The notes beneath the pieces were generated by a model that did not search any database, was not told the DNA's origin, and was given only the letters and a program-made list of their open reading frames with translations. 40,000 nt of DNA, taken from contig JADJCM010000001.1 in the NCBI GenBank assembly GCA_016703225.1, positions 832,088 to 872,087 of the forward strand, written 5' to 3'. Below are positions 18,908 through 29,259 of this stretch, piece after piece (the stretch's first letter is position 1; each line of letters starts with the position of its first letter). The translations under genes and the position numbers were made by a program. This DNA comes from Lysobacterales bacterium. GTDB lineage: Bacteria > Pseudomonadota > Gammaproteobacteria > Xanthomonadales > Ahniellaceae.

Positions 18908-19287
18908 TTTACAGCGGTAGCTGCCATTGCGGCGCGGTGCGCTTCGAGGTTGAGGCGCCGGAGGCGGTGGAGGTCGAGCAATGCAACTGCTCGATCTGCG
19001 CCATGACCGGGTTCCTGCATCTGATCGTGCCGGCGAGCCGCTTCCGCCTGCTCGCCGGTGCCGACCAGCTCAGCGTGTACACCTTCAACACCGGCGTTGC
19101 CCGCCACACCTTCTGCAAGGTCTGCGGCATCAAGCCGTTCTACACCCCGCGCTCGAACCCCGACGGCGTCGACGTCAACGTGCGCTGCCTCGATCCACCG
19201 CCGGCGCAACTCACGGTGGTGGCCTTCGACGGGCAGAACTGGGAGCAGAACGCCGCGGCACTCGCGCACAAGAGCCGCGATTCCTGA
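18904..19287 (+). CDS. GFA (glutathione-dependent formaldehyde-activating / CENP-V) family protein
   Basis: GSCHCGAVRFE, CNCSIC and HTFCKVCGIKPFY show the Zn-binding Cys pattern of PF04828. Confidence 0.8.
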   Translation: MIYSGSCHCGAVRFEVEAPEAVEVEQCNCSICAMTGFLHLIVPASRFRLLAGADQLSVYTFNTGVARHTFCKVCGIKPFYTPRSNPDGVDVNVRCLDPPPAQLTVVAFDGQNWEQNAAALAHKSRDS

Positions 19288-19360
19288 ACACCCGGTGCGC
19301 CTTCACGACCGCGCCGCCGCGGATCATCCAGGCGTCGCGATCGATGCAGCTGCGCGTCGG

Positions 19361-20640
19361 TCAAGGGCCCTCGGTGCCGTCGCCGAAGATCCAGTCCACG
19401 GTCGTTCGGTACACGCCGCCGATGTTCCAGTCGGCCTGGCTGTGCGCCTCGAAGGCGACGCGGCCGGAGTCGAAGCTGTGGGGACTCAGGTAGAGACTCT
19501 GCACGACATAGCCATCGAGCGCATCGCCGGTGCGGGCAATGAATTCGTAGCCCGCCGGGGTCAGCGCACACAGCACGATCGGTCCGGACACGCCCTGCGG
19601 CTGCTCAGCGGAACGCGCCCAGCTCACTTCCGCCGCGAACACCACGACCTGGCCGTGCAGGTCGAATCCGCGGAAGCTGTGGATCGTCGCCACGCCGGGC
19701 GGCCGGTTGGCATCGGTGCTGAGCACGCGGCTGAGGGTCCCGTTCTCGGCCAGGTAGAGACCCGGCTTGCCGGCGCCATCGACCCCTCGAACAGGATGCG
19801 GCCGCGATCGAGTGCCAGCATCGGATGCCCGCTGATCTGCAGGTCGGTGAAGCTGCCGGTTCCGCCCGGCACCGGGGTCGAGAGGTCCACCACCCGTGAG
19901 GTGATGCCACCGCTGTGCCGGTAGATGCCGATCGGCTCCTCTGCGCTGCTGTTCTCGTGCACAAAGGCGATCAGACCCGCTTCCAGTGCCAGGTTGTCGC
20001 CGTCGATGCGCTGAAAGTTGTGTCCGGGGTCTTCCGGCAAGGGCATCCCGCCCGCCGCGATCAGCGTGGTGCCGCCGCCCGAGTGCAGGTACAGGCCCGG
20101 CCGGTAGCTGACCTGCTCCCAGGCAACGAACGCGATGTCGTCGCCGTCGATCGCGGTCATGCCGAAACCGTTGTAGGGATGGCTGCCGCTGGGCGCGGGA
20201 TCGTCGTCATCGGCGATGCGTAGCAGGCTGGCACCATCGAAGGCCAGCAGCACGTAGTCCGAAGCCTGCGTCAGCGCGGTGAACGCCACTCGTTCGGCGC
20301 CGAGCGAGATGCCCCACTGGGCACCGAGATTGCCGCCGCCACCGGGAGTGCTGGTGAACACGTCGGCGATCACTGTCAGCGGCCCGCCGTCGCCCCGGTA
20401 GATGCCGCCGTCGGTGCTGGTGTTGGGCTGCAGCTGCACGTTGGCACGGAAGGTCACTTGATCACCGTCGGCCATGGGCCGACTGAATCCGCTGAGCGTG
20501 CCCTGCGGATAGCCGGGCGGATACCCCCCCGGGTTGGGCGTGGTGTGGTTGGCGATGCGCACGATGGTCGGGCCGCCGGCGTGCGCGGCGCAACCGAGCA
20601 CGAGGCCAAAGAGCACAAGTGCGATGCGCGAGATCGGCAT
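19361..20640 (-). pseudogene. lipoprotein with repeated G-x-Y/I-R..GG..L/V and (D/N)G..(I/V)AF repeats, disrupted by a 1-nt frameshift
   Basis: The start is ATG 20640 (MPISRIALVLFGLVLGC lipobox). The upstream frame loses sense after ..LDRGRILFEG. The other frame continues VDGAGKPGLYLAENGTLSRVLSTDAN.. into tracked ORF 19361..19726. The switch sits at the C4 run 19783-19786, and a fifth C would restore a 426-aa ORF. Confidence 0.65.
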
Positions 20641-20782
20641 GACGCGTTCTCCTGTCGTTGCGGACGAGGGCGAAACGTTGCTGGCGCGATGATACTCCGG
20701 CCCTCGCGACGCGCATCCCGTCGTCAACCGCCTTGGCGCCCGCGCGTTGTCCGCTGCAGGCGAAGAACGCGGGAGATGGATC

Positions 20783-23029
20783 ATGCGACGGGTGTTATCG
20801 GTCTTGCTTTGGATCGGCGTGTCGGCAGCGGCCGCGGCGGAGCGTGCCGAGGATGGCGTGTGGTGGAATCCGGATGCGTCCGGCACCGGTTTCCAGATCG
20901 AGCGGCAGGGCGACACCTACACGCTGGCGTTCTACCTGTACGAGCCCGACGGCGGCGCGTTGTGGCTGATCGGGTCGGCGCCGTGGGATGCCTCGGTGAC
21001 GGGCAGCGGCCCTATCGGGCAGTTGCAGGGCACGCTGTATCGCGGTCGCGGCGGGCAGTGCCTGGGCTGCCTGTACCAGGCGCCGACGATCAGCGTGCAC
21101 GAGGCCGGCGGCTTCACGCTGGCGTTCGACTCCGCGGTCAGCGGCGTGCTGACCTGGGGCGGCACGAGCCAGCCGGTGCAGCGCGCACTGTATGCCTGGC
21201 CGGACCGACTGGACCGCTTCGCCGGCCGCTGGCTGCTGACCGAACGCGACGGCGAGTCGCCGGGCACGACGCGCGCCCTGCGCGGCACGCTCGAGGGCAG
21301 CGAGGCGTGGCTGCGCGACGCGAGCGGGGCCGAGGTCGCGCGCGTGCAGCGCGACGGACTGCGCCTGCGGCTGCGCTTCGCCGCCGCGCCCGAGGTGGCC
21401 ATGCCGATCGAGGTCGCCGAGCGCGACCGTTTCGTCGCCAGCGACGGTGGCACGCGCAGCATCATCGGCGTGCGCACCGACGACATCGCGCTCGACGAAG
21501 GCGTCGCCGCACCCGCCGGCGCGTACGCGGTGCGCGTGGACGCGGCGCTTGCACGCGGCCCGATCAAGCGCCTGCTCGGCGTCAACAAGGGTCCGGTGCA
21601 TGGCGGTCGCGTCGCGCCGAACTACAGCTACGACAGCAGCGTGGGTTACCGCGCCTTCGGCGTGCAGAGCGTGCGCCTGCACGACGTCGGCGTGGACCTG
21701 TGCGAGATCTACCGCGACGCCCGCATCGAAAACCTGGGGGCCCAGCCACCGACCACGCTGAGTGCCTGCGTGAACACGCCCTCGGGGCCGAGCCCGCGCG
21801 TGGCCTGGACAGTCAACGACCCGGGCGCGATCGACGATCCGGTGCAATACGACTTCGCCGCCATGGACGCCCGCGTGCGCGAGGTGATGGCGATCGGCGC
21901 GCGCGTGTACCTGCGCCTCGGCGAGAGCTTCAACGGACCGAACGACAGTCGCGACGTGGTCGCCTGGGCGCGCGTTGCCGGCAACCTGTACCGGCACCTG
22001 GTCGGCGACTTCGCGCCGGGCGCGGGGGCGGTGGTCGAGCCCGAGTTCGTCGAGGTCCACAACGAGCCCGACGGCATGTTCTGGAACGGCAGCGACGGCG
22101 ACTTCCACGCGCTGTTCCAGAACAGCGTGGACCTGGTGCGCGCACACGCCGCAGGCGCCGGACGGCCGCTCGCGATCGGCGGGCCCGGTTTCACCGACAG
22201 CGTCACCCGCGGCATGGCCACGCCCGGGTCGTTCACCGCCGGCCTGATCGGCGCGGTCGGTCGTGATCGTTTCGATTTCCTCTCGGCGCACTACTACGGC
22301 GACTGCGCCGCGGCCTCGCTCGTGGAGATGCGCGACTGGCTGCGCACGCTGCGTGGGCAGATGGCGGCACAGGGACTGGCGAGCATGCCGCTGCATGTCA
22401 GCGAGTGGAACATCGGCCTCGGCCAGGCCTGCGGCAACGCGTTCTATGGCGACCGGCGCATGGCCAGCTTCGTCGCCGGCGCGCTGGCACTGCTGCACGA
22501 GGACGAGTTCGCGGTCGAGGCCGCGCATTTCTACGCCGGCACCACGGTGATGTCGCTGTTCGCCGCCAACGATGGCCAGGCGACCATCGACCTGCGCCCC
22601 GGCGCGTGGGGCTTCTGGGCCTACCGCCAGCTCGCCGATGGCGTGCGCGTGCACACCGAGTCCTGCCGCCAGGGCGTCTGCGCAACCCTCGCCGCGTCAC
22701 CGGACGCACCCGCAGTGCTCGCGGCACGCGTCGGCAACACGCTGCGCCTGCTGGTCGCCAACGACAGCAGCGCCAGCCGCACGCTGCGCGTGCAGGTGCA
22801 CAACTCCGACGCCGCGAGCGCGCGCGTGCACACCGCACCCTCGGCCGCGACGCTGCGTCTCGAGACCGAGCTGCACGGCCAGACGGTCGCCATCAGCGAA
22901 GCCGGCATCGCCGCGGCCCTCGCTGGCGTCGCCACCACCACTGTCCCGATCACGCGCCCCGCCACCCGCACCGCCCAGCTCGACCTCAACCTCGGCCCCT
23001 ACGCGGTGATCGTGGTGGAGTTGTCCTGA
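20783..23029 (+). CDS. secreted protein with clan GH-A-like glycoside hydrolase core
   Basis: The start is moved to ATG 20783 (GGGAGA upstream, signal MRRVLSVLLWIGVSAAAAA). The N-terminal WWNPDASGTGFQIERQG domain is followed by FVEVHNEPDG (acid/base NEP) and LHVSEWNIG (nucleophile Glu), typical of TIM-barrel clan GH-A. Confidence 0.55.
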   Translation: MRRVLSVLLWIGVSAAAAAERAEDGVWWNPDASGTGFQIERQGDTYTLAFYLYEPDGGALWLIGSAPWDASVTGSGPIGQLQGTLYRGRGGQCLGCLYQAPTISVHEAGGFTLAFDSAVSGVLTWGGTSQPVQRALYAWPDRLDRFAGRWLLTERDGESPGTTRALRGTLEGSEAWLRDASGAEVARVQRDGLRLRLRFAAAPEVAMPIEVAERDRFVASDGGTRSIIGVRTDDIALDEGVAAPAGAYAVRVDAALARGPIKRLLGVNKGPVHGGRVAPNYSYDSSVGYRAFGVQSVRLHDVGVDLCEIYRDARIENLGAQPPTTLSACVNTPSGPSPRVAWTVNDPGAIDDPVQYDFAAMDARVREVMAIGARVYLRLGESFNGPNDSRDVVAWARVAGNLYRHLVGDFAPGAGAVVEPEFVEVHNEPDGMFWNGSDGDFHALFQNSVDLVRAHAAGAGRPLAIGGPGFTDSVTRGMATPGSFTAGLIGAVGRDRFDFLSAHYYGDCAAASLVEMRDWLRTLRGQMAAQGLASMPLHVSEWNIGLGQACGNAFYGDRRMASFVAGALALLHEDEFAVEAAHFYAGTTVMSLFAANDGQATIDLRPGAWGFWAYRQLADGVRVHTESCRQGVCATLAASPDAPAVLAARVGNTLRLLVANDSSASRTLRVQVHNSDAASARVHTAPSAATLRLETELHGQTVAISEAGIAAALAGVATTTVPITRPATRTAQLDLNLGPYAVIVVELS

Positions 23030-23061
23030 CGCACGCCCCGCCGCAGCGCTATCGTGTCGGC

Positions 23062-24420
23062 ATGAACCGACGATCCCGTATTCCGAAGCCGTTGCGCCAT
23101 CTGTTCTGGTGGTTGTTCGCGTTGCTGCTGGCCTGGTCCGGCATGATTCTGAGCGGGTTGCTGCCGCGCATCGATGCGAAGCAGCGGGCGGCGCTGGACT
23201 TGCTGCGCGCGCCCTACGAGCGGGCGCGTGGCGAGCACAACGCCTTCGAGTTGCTGTGGCTGTTGCCGCGCAATGTGCCGGAGACGGAACGCGACTCGGT
23301 GTTCGCGGCCGACATGGCCGCGCTCGATGCGCTGGCCGCGACCGGTGTCGAGCCGGTGCTGGCGAGCGCGCGTTATCCGCGACACGTCGAGGACAGCAGT
23401 CCGCAGCTCGGCGCCTGCGGGCGCAAGCCCGGCTGCCTGGCCGCGGTACGCGCCGACGCTGGGGGCGTGCGCGCCGCATTGGCCGAGCGCGCGCCGCTGC
23501 TCGCCGGGCTCGACCAGGTCTGGACCTACGATCACCTGCGCACCCCGCATCGACCGAGCTTCGCCGCACCACTGCCGCAGTACCAGCAGGGCGCCAACCT
23601 GCAGCTCGCGCGCGCCGCGCTGCGCCAGGTCGATGGCGACCCGGTCGGCGCACTGACCGGGCTGTGTCGCGACCTGTCCGGCTGGCGTCGGCTCAAGGGG
23701 CGCAGCGACAGCCTGGTCTTCGAGATGGTGCTGCTGTCCTGGCTGCAGGGCGGGGTGCAACTCGCCGCCGACCTGCGCGCCGAAACTCCGCCCGGCACGC
23801 CGCTGCCTGCGGAATGCGCGGCCGCGCTGGCGCCGATCGCCGAGATCGAGCGGATGTCCTGCGACGTCTACCGCGCCGAGTTCCAGGGCATGGCCGACCT
23901 GATGGAACCGCAGCGCATGTTCGCCAGCGGGTCGCGGCCGAGCCTGCTCGATCGCGCCCGCGTCCTCGGTGCGCGCTTCGTCTACAGCCCCGGGGCGACG
24001 CGCGCGCTGTACGCGACGCACCTCGCCCGCGCCTGCGCGGCGTTGGCGGCCCCGCCCGCGGCCGCGCCCATGTCGCCGCCGGCCTGCGATCTGGAAGGGC
24101 GCGTGTTCAATCCGCTCGGCTGCACGCTGGCCGAGATCGGCATGGCCGACTACGACCGCTACCGCCTGCGCGAACACGACGTCGATGCCCTGCTCGCGAC
24201 CTTCGCCTTGGGCGAATGGCTGGTGACCGAACCCGATGCTGCCGCTGCGCTCGCCAGCCGACCGCAGCGCTTCACCGCGCTGCCGGTCACGCTGGCGGCG
24301 GATGGCCACGGCCTGCGCCTGGCCAGGCGCGAGCCGGTGCGCGACGATCCGCCGGAACTGGCACTGCCGCTGCCCGGCAGCCGCGTCGCGGCCATCGTCG
24401 CGCCAGAACCGGCACCGTGA
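23062..24420 (+). CDS. hypothetical membrane-anchored protein
   Basis: The start is moved to ATG 23062 within tracked ORF 22405..24420. It has an N-terminal TM segment (LFWWLFALLLAWSGMILSGLL). Composition and codon usage are gene-like, but no family was recognised. Confidence 0.5.
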   Translation: MNRRSRIPKPLRHLFWWLFALLLAWSGMILSGLLPRIDAKQRAALDLLRAPYERARGEHNAFELLWLLPRNVPETERDSVFAADMAALDALAATGVEPVLASARYPRHVEDSSPQLGACGRKPGCLAAVRADAGGVRAALAERAPLLAGLDQVWTYDHLRTPHRPSFAAPLPQYQQGANLQLARAALRQVDGDPVGALTGLCRDLSGWRRLKGRSDSLVFEMVLLSWLQGGVQLAADLRAETPPGTPLPAECAAALAPIAEIERMSCDVYRAEFQGMADLMEPQRMFASGSRPSLLDRARVLGARFVYSPGATRALYATHLARACAALAAPPAAAPMSPPACDLEGRVFNPLGCTLAEIGMADYDRYRLREHDVDALLATFALGEWLVTEPDAAAALASRPQRFTALPVTLAADGHGLRLARREPVRDDPPELALPLPGSRVAAIVAPEPAP

Positions 24421-24478
24421 CGAGGGGCGGGGGAAGCCGTATCCTCGGCGCCTGCTTTCCGCGGAGTAGCCTGCGTCC

Positions 24479-25435
24479 ATGATCGTTTCTGTCCGCGACC
24501 GCGACGGTGCGCCGCGCGGCATTCCCGTAGTGCCGGTCGATGCCGTCGGTGCCGAGGAGCGCGCGGCGTTCTTCGCCAAGCGCAGCATCAAGGCGGCGAG
24601 CAAGCTCGACCTGCTCTATCTCGCCATCCGCATGATGGACCTGACCACACTCGAAGGTGCCGACACGCCGGCGCGCGTGCGCCAGATGTGTCGCAAGGCG
24701 CTGCAACCGGCAGCGCCGGCGCTGACCGAATCGCTGGACAAGCTCCCGGGCTTCCGCCCGATTCCCTCGGTCGCCGCGGTTTGCGTCTATCCGCTGCTGG
24801 TGCCGCACGCGGTCAAGGTGCTGGAAGGTTCGGGCGTGCACGTCGCCTCGGTCGCGACCTCCTTCCCCTCCGGCCAGGCCTCGCTGAAGACGCGCCTGCT
24901 CGACGTGCGCGAGGCGGTCGAGAACGGCGCCGACGAAATCGACATGGTGATCAACCGCGGCGCCTTCCTCGCCGGCGACTACCAACAGGTGTTCGACGAG
25001 ATCGCCGCGGTGCGCGACGCCTGCGGCGCGGCGCATCTGAAGGTGATCCTGGAAACCGGCGAACTCGGCACGCTCGACAACGTGCGTTTCGCCTCCGACC
25101 TCGCGATCGCTGCCGGCGCGCATTTCATCAAGACCTCGACCGGCAAGATCGTGCCGGCGGCGACGCCGCCGGTGACGCTGGTGATGCTGCAGGCGATCGC
25201 CGACCACCAGGCGCGCACCGGAGAGAAGATCGGCATGAAGCCGGCGGGCGGCATCCGCACCGCCAAGCAGTCGATCCAATACCTGTGCATGCTGTACGAG
25301 ACGCTCGGCCCGGACTGGATGCACCCGGAGCTGTACCGCTTCGGCGCCAGCGCCCTGCTCAACGACGTGCTGCGGCAGGTCTACCGCCAGTACACCGGCC
25401 GCTACTACTACGACAAGGGCTACTCGCTTGACTAA
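24479..25435 (+). CDS. deoC: deoxyribose-phosphate aldolase (long form)
   Basis: MMDLTTLEG, AAVCVYP, VASVATSFPSGQ, GADEIDMVI, LKVILETGEL, FIKTSTGK (Schiff-base Lys) and GMKPAGGIRT are present. Confidence 0.85.
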   Translation: MIVSVRDRDGAPRGIPVVPVDAVGAEERAAFFAKRSIKAASKLDLLYLAIRMMDLTTLEGADTPARVRQMCRKALQPAAPALTESLDKLPGFRPIPSVAAVCVYPLLVPHAVKVLEGSGVHVASVATSFPSGQASLKTRLLDVREAVENGADEIDMVINRGAFLAGDYQQVFDEIAAVRDACGAAHLKVILETGELGTLDNVRFASDLAIAAGAHFIKTSTGKIVPAATPPVTLVMLQAIADHQARTGEKIGMKPAGGIRTAKQSIQYLCMLYETLGPDWMHPELYRFGASALLNDVLRQVYRQYTGRYYYDKGYSLD

Positions 25436-26930
25436 GACCACCGCCAAGACCGGCCGCGCCGCCCCGGCCCCGTCGGCCGCGCCCGGGCTCGTCGTCGACT
25501 ACGCCCCGAGCATCGAGTCCGACAAGATCGTGACGATCCCGCCGCGCCACCAGCTGTACATCGGTGGCGAGTGGGTCAAGCCTGCCGCCGGCCGCTACTT
25601 CGCCAGCGTCAATCCGGCGACGTTGGCACCGCTGTCCGAGGTCGCCGAGGCCGGCGCCGAGGACGTCGATGCCGCGGTGCGCGCCGCAAAGCGCGCCTAC
25701 GACCGCACCTGGAGCAAGCTCTCCGGACGCGAGCGCGGCCGCTACCTGTTCCGCATCGCGCGCCTGATCCAGGAACGCGCACGCGAACTCGCGGTGCTGG
25801 AAACGCTGGACAACGGCAAGCCGATCCGCGAAACGCGCGACGTCGACATCCCGCTGGTGGCCGCGCACTTCTTCTATTACGCCGGCTGGGCCGACAAGCT
25901 CGGCTACGCGTTGCCCGGGGCGAAGCTGGCGCCGCTCGGTGTCGCCGGCCAGATCATCCCGTGGAATTTCCCGCTGTTGATGGCGGCGTGGAAGATCGCC
26001 CCGGCGCTCGCCTGCGGCAACACCGTGGTGCTGAAGCCGGCCGAGCAGACGCCGCTGACCGCGCTCAAGCTGGTCGAGATCTTCGAGGCCGCCGGCCTGC
26101 CGCCCGGTGTCGTCAACATCGTCACCGGCGCCGGCGCCACCGGCGCGGCGCTGACCACGCATCCGCTGGTGCGCAAAATCGCGTTCACCGGGAGCACCGA
26201 GGTCGGCAAGAGCATCGGCCGCGCCGTCGCCGGCAGCGGCAAGAAGCTCACGCTCGAACTCGGCGGCAAGTCGGCACACCTGATCTTCGCCGACGCCGCC
26301 ATCGACCAGGCGGTCGAGGGCGTGGTCAACGGCATCTTCTTCAACCAGGGCCACGTCTGTTGCGCCGGATCGCGCCTGCTGGTCGAGGAACCGGTCGCCG
26401 ACCTGGTGCTGGCCAAGCTCAAGGCCCGCATGCAGAAGCTGCGCGTCGGCAACCCGCTCGACAAGAACACCGACATCGGCGCGATCAACTCGACCGCCGA
26501 GATCGAGAAGATCCGCCGCCTGATCGAGACCGGCAAGCAGGAAGGCGCGCGCTACTACGAGCCCGAGAACATCGCGCTGCCGAGCAAGGGCAATTTCCTG
26601 CGCCCGTGCCTGTTCAGCGATGTCGCCTCCTCGCACACGATCTGCCGCGTCGAGGTGTTTGGCCCGGTGCTCGCGGTCTCGACTTTCCGCACCCCGGCCG
26701 AGGCGATCGCCAAGGCCAACGACACGCCCTACGGGCTGGCCGCCGGCATCTGGAGCGAGAAGGGCTCGAAGGTGCACGCGGTCGCCGCGCAACTGCGCGC
26801 CGGCGTGATCTGGGCCAACACCTACAACAAGTTCGACCCGACCTCGCCCTTCGGTGGTTATGGTGAAAGCGGCTACGGCCGCGAGGGCGGACGCCACGGA
26901 CTGCTGCCGTACCTGGAGGTGGTGCCATGA
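25428..26930 (+). CDS. NAD(P)-dependent aldehyde dehydrogenase
   Basis: IIPWNFPLLMAAWKIAPALACGNTVVLKPAE, FTGSTEVG, LELGGKSA (catalytic Glu) and FNQGHVCCAGSR (catalytic Cys) are present. The TTG start overlaps the deoC end. Confidence 0.85.
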   Translation: MTKTTAKTGRAAPAPSAAPGLVVDYAPSIESDKIVTIPPRHQLYIGGEWVKPAAGRYFASVNPATLAPLSEVAEAGAEDVDAAVRAAKRAYDRTWSKLSGRERGRYLFRIARLIQERARELAVLETLDNGKPIRETRDVDIPLVAAHFFYYAGWADKLGYALPGAKLAPLGVAGQIIPWNFPLLMAAWKIAPALACGNTVVLKPAEQTPLTALKLVEIFEAAGLPPGVVNIVTGAGATGAALTTHPLVRKIAFTGSTEVGKSIGRAVAGSGKKLTLELGGKSAHLIFADAAIDQAVEGVVNGIFFNQGHVCCAGSRLLVEEPVADLVLAKLKARMQKLRVGNPLDKNTDIGAINSTAEIEKIRRLIETGKQEGARYYEPENIALPSKGNFLRPCLFSDVASSHTICRVEVFGPVLAVSTFRTPAEAIAKANDTPYGLAAGIWSEKGSKVHAVAAQLRAGVIWANTYNKFDPTSPFGGYGESGYGREGGRHGLLPYLEVVP

Positions 26931-27790
26931 GCCGTACCGAAACCGCACGCCTGCCGGTGCCGAAGACGCACAAGCTCTACATCGGCGGCGAGTTTCCGCG
27001 CAGCGAATCCGGACGCAGCTATGTGCTCGCCAAGCCGGGCGCGAAGCACGCCTATGCGCAGCTGTGCCTGGCCTCGCGCAAGGACCTGCGCGCCGCGGTC
27101 GATGCCGCCAAGGCCGCACAACCCGGATGGGCCGCGCGCTCCGCCTACAACCGCGGCCAGATCCTGTATCGCATGGCCGAGATGATCGAAGGCCGCGGCG
27201 ACTCCTGGCGCGCGCTGCTGCGCGATGGCCTCGGCCTGACCGCGACCCAGGCGACGCGCGCGTTCGAGGGCACCATCGACGCACTGGTGTATTTCGCCGG
27301 CGCCACCGACAAGTACCCGCAGGTGATCGGTGCGGTGAACCCGGTCGCTGGTCCGCACCACAACTTCACCACGCCGGACGCGCTCGGCGTGGTCGGCCTG
27401 ATCTTCCCGGACGAGCCTGACCCGGCCGCGATCGCGGCGCGCATCGCTGCAGTGATCGCCGCCGGCAACAGCGCGATCGCGCTGCTCCCCGGTCGCGCCG
27501 GAGGCCTGGTCGCCGAGCTCGGCGAAGCCTTCGCCACCGCCGATCTGCCCGGCGGCGTGATCAACCTGCTCTCCGGTGACGCCGCCGAACTGACACCGCA
27601 ATTCGCTTCGCACATGGAGATCCAGGGCCTCGCCTACCTGCGCGACGAACCCGCGCGCCGCGCCGAACTCGAACGCGCCGCGGTCGACAACCTGAAGCGC
27701 TGCGTCGCCAGCCACGGCCCGCTGCTCGCCCTCGAACGCGTGCTCGACTTCGTCGAATACAAGACCGTCTGGCACCCGATCGGGGTTTGA
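26927..27790 (+). CDS. aldehyde-dehydrogenase-like protein lacking the catalytic domain (287 aa)
   Basis: ATGA overlap with the upstream ALDH. The N-terminal ALDH-like part (LYIGGEF, ASRKDLRAAVDAA, RGQILYRMAEMIE, LGVVGLIFP) is present, but there is no ELGG or Cys loop. Confidence 0.6.
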   Translation: MSRTETARLPVPKTHKLYIGGEFPRSESGRSYVLAKPGAKHAYAQLCLASRKDLRAAVDAAKAAQPGWAARSAYNRGQILYRMAEMIEGRGDSWRALLRDGLGLTATQATRAFEGTIDALVYFAGATDKYPQVIGAVNPVAGPHHNFTTPDALGVVGLIFPDEPDPAAIAARIAAVIAAGNSAIALLPGRAGGLVAELGEAFATADLPGGVINLLSGDAAELTPQFASHMEIQGLAYLRDEPARRAELERAAVDNLKRCVASHGPLLALERVLDFVEYKTVWHPIGV

Positions 27791-27832
27791 GCGACCCCTC
27801 CATCGCTTGCGCAGGCAGAGGTGCGAAGCGAG

Positions 27833-27959
27833 GTAGGAGCGACCCCGGTCGCGACCGTTGACGCAGCCACATGCGATGGTCGCGATGCGGTGTGTTCGCC
27901 CCCCCACCACCACGACGCAATTCCATCGTGCGGCGTAGGAGCGACCCCGGTCGCGACCG
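27833..27959 (+). repeat. two direct REP copies (GTAGGAGCGACCCCGGTCGCGACCG)
   Basis: Copies lie at 27833-27857 and 27935-27959. Each is followed by a ..GATGGTCGCGATGCGG.GTGTTCGC tail. They lie between the ALDH-like gene and the intI stop. Confidence 0.75.
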
Positions 27960-28043
27960 ATGACGCAATAACGCCGATGGTCGCGATGCGGGGTGTTCGC
28001 AACACCCCCACCACCACGATGCAATCCCATCCTGCGCCTTAGC

Positions 28044-28988
28044 TCAGCCACGATCCAGCGGGCTCAGCAGCCCGACCGGCCCGCGATTGAGCACGTGCGT
28101 GTAGATCTGCGTGGTCGCCACGTCCTCATGCCCGAGCAGTTCCTGCACCGTGCGAATGTCGGCGCCGGTTTCGAGCAGGTGCGTCGCGAAGCAATGGCGC
28201 AGCGTGTGGCAACTGGCGCCGCGCTCGATACCGGCGAGGCGCAATGCACGCTTGAGTGCACGCTGCAGCAGGTCCGGGTTCAGGTGATGGCGGCGCTCGA
28301 CACCCAGGCGCGGATCGAGGCTGCGCGACGCTGCCGGGAACACGTATTGCCAGCCCGGCTCACGCGCCGCATTCGGATACTTGCGCGCCAGCGCATGCGG
28401 CAGGAATACCGCACCGAACCCCGCGCGCAGGTCCGCCGCGTGTATTGCCAGCGCCCTCGCCACGGCGTCACGCAGCGCATCCTGCGATTGCCGCGGCAGC
28501 ATCGTCACCCGGTCCTTGCCGCCCTTGCCATCGCGCACCAGAATCTGGCCGCGCTCGAACTCAATGTCCTTCACGCGCAGCCGCACGCACTCGGAAACGC
28601 GCATGCCGGTGCCATACAGCAGCCGGATCATCGGCGCATACGTCGGCTCCAGTGCCTCCAGCACGCGCCGCACCTCGCCCACGCTCAGCACCACCGGCAA
28701 CCGCGCCGGCCGCTTCGCGCGCACCACCGACTCCATCCACGGCAACCGCACACCCAGCACCTCGCGATACAGGAACAGCAACGCCGCCAGCGCCTGGTTC
28801 TGCGTCGACGCCGCCACATCGCCCTCAACCGCGAGCCGCGACAGGAACACCTCGACCTCCGCCCCACCCATCTCGCGCGGATGGCGCTTTCCATTCGCCA
28901 GGATGAAGCGACGGATCCACCCGCAATACGCCGCCTCGGTCTTCAGGCTGTAATGCTTGACCCGGATCCGCTCCCGCACCTGATCCAT
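28044..28988 (-). CDS. intI: integron integrase
   Basis: MDQVRERIRVKHYSLKTEAAYCGWIRRFI is the N-terminal core-binding part. Catalytic R (GTGMRVSEC), HTLRHCFATHLL and GHEDVATTQIYTHV (Tyr) are present. The IntI-specific insertion is ALARKYPNAAREPGWQYVFPAASRSLDPRLGVERRHHL. The start is set at ATG 28988 (314 aa), although the tracked ORF stays open upstream to 29315. Confidence 0.9.
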   Translation of the reverse strand: MDQVRERIRVKHYSLKTEAAYCGWIRRFILANGKRHPREMGGAEVEVFLSRLAVEGDVAASTQNQALAALLFLYREVLGVRLPWMESVVRAKRPARLPVVLSVGEVRRVLEALEPTYAPMIRLLYGTGMRVSECVRLRVKDIEFERGQILVRDGKGGKDRVTMLPRQSQDALRDAVARALAIHAADLRAGFGAVFLPHALARKYPNAAREPGWQYVFPAASRSLDPRLGVERRHHLNPDLLQRALKRALRLAGIERGASCHTLRHCFATHLLETGADIRTVQELLGHEDVATTQIYTHVLNRGPVGLLSPLDRG

Positions 28989-28996
28989 CAACCGCG

Positions 28997-29079
<83 letters not shown>

Positions 29080-29259
29080 TTGCCCGCGCCAGTGGCCGAG
29101 CCGGCGGCCGAGCCCGAACTCCTGCCCGCCCCTCCACGCACCCGCCGATCACCCGTTATCCCGTCTCCACCGTCGCGATAAGACATATCCCCACTCCACC
29201 GTCGGACATGCCCCATCGTGCCCCCCTGCGAGCCGCAAGTCCTCAGCGCAAGTCTGGAT

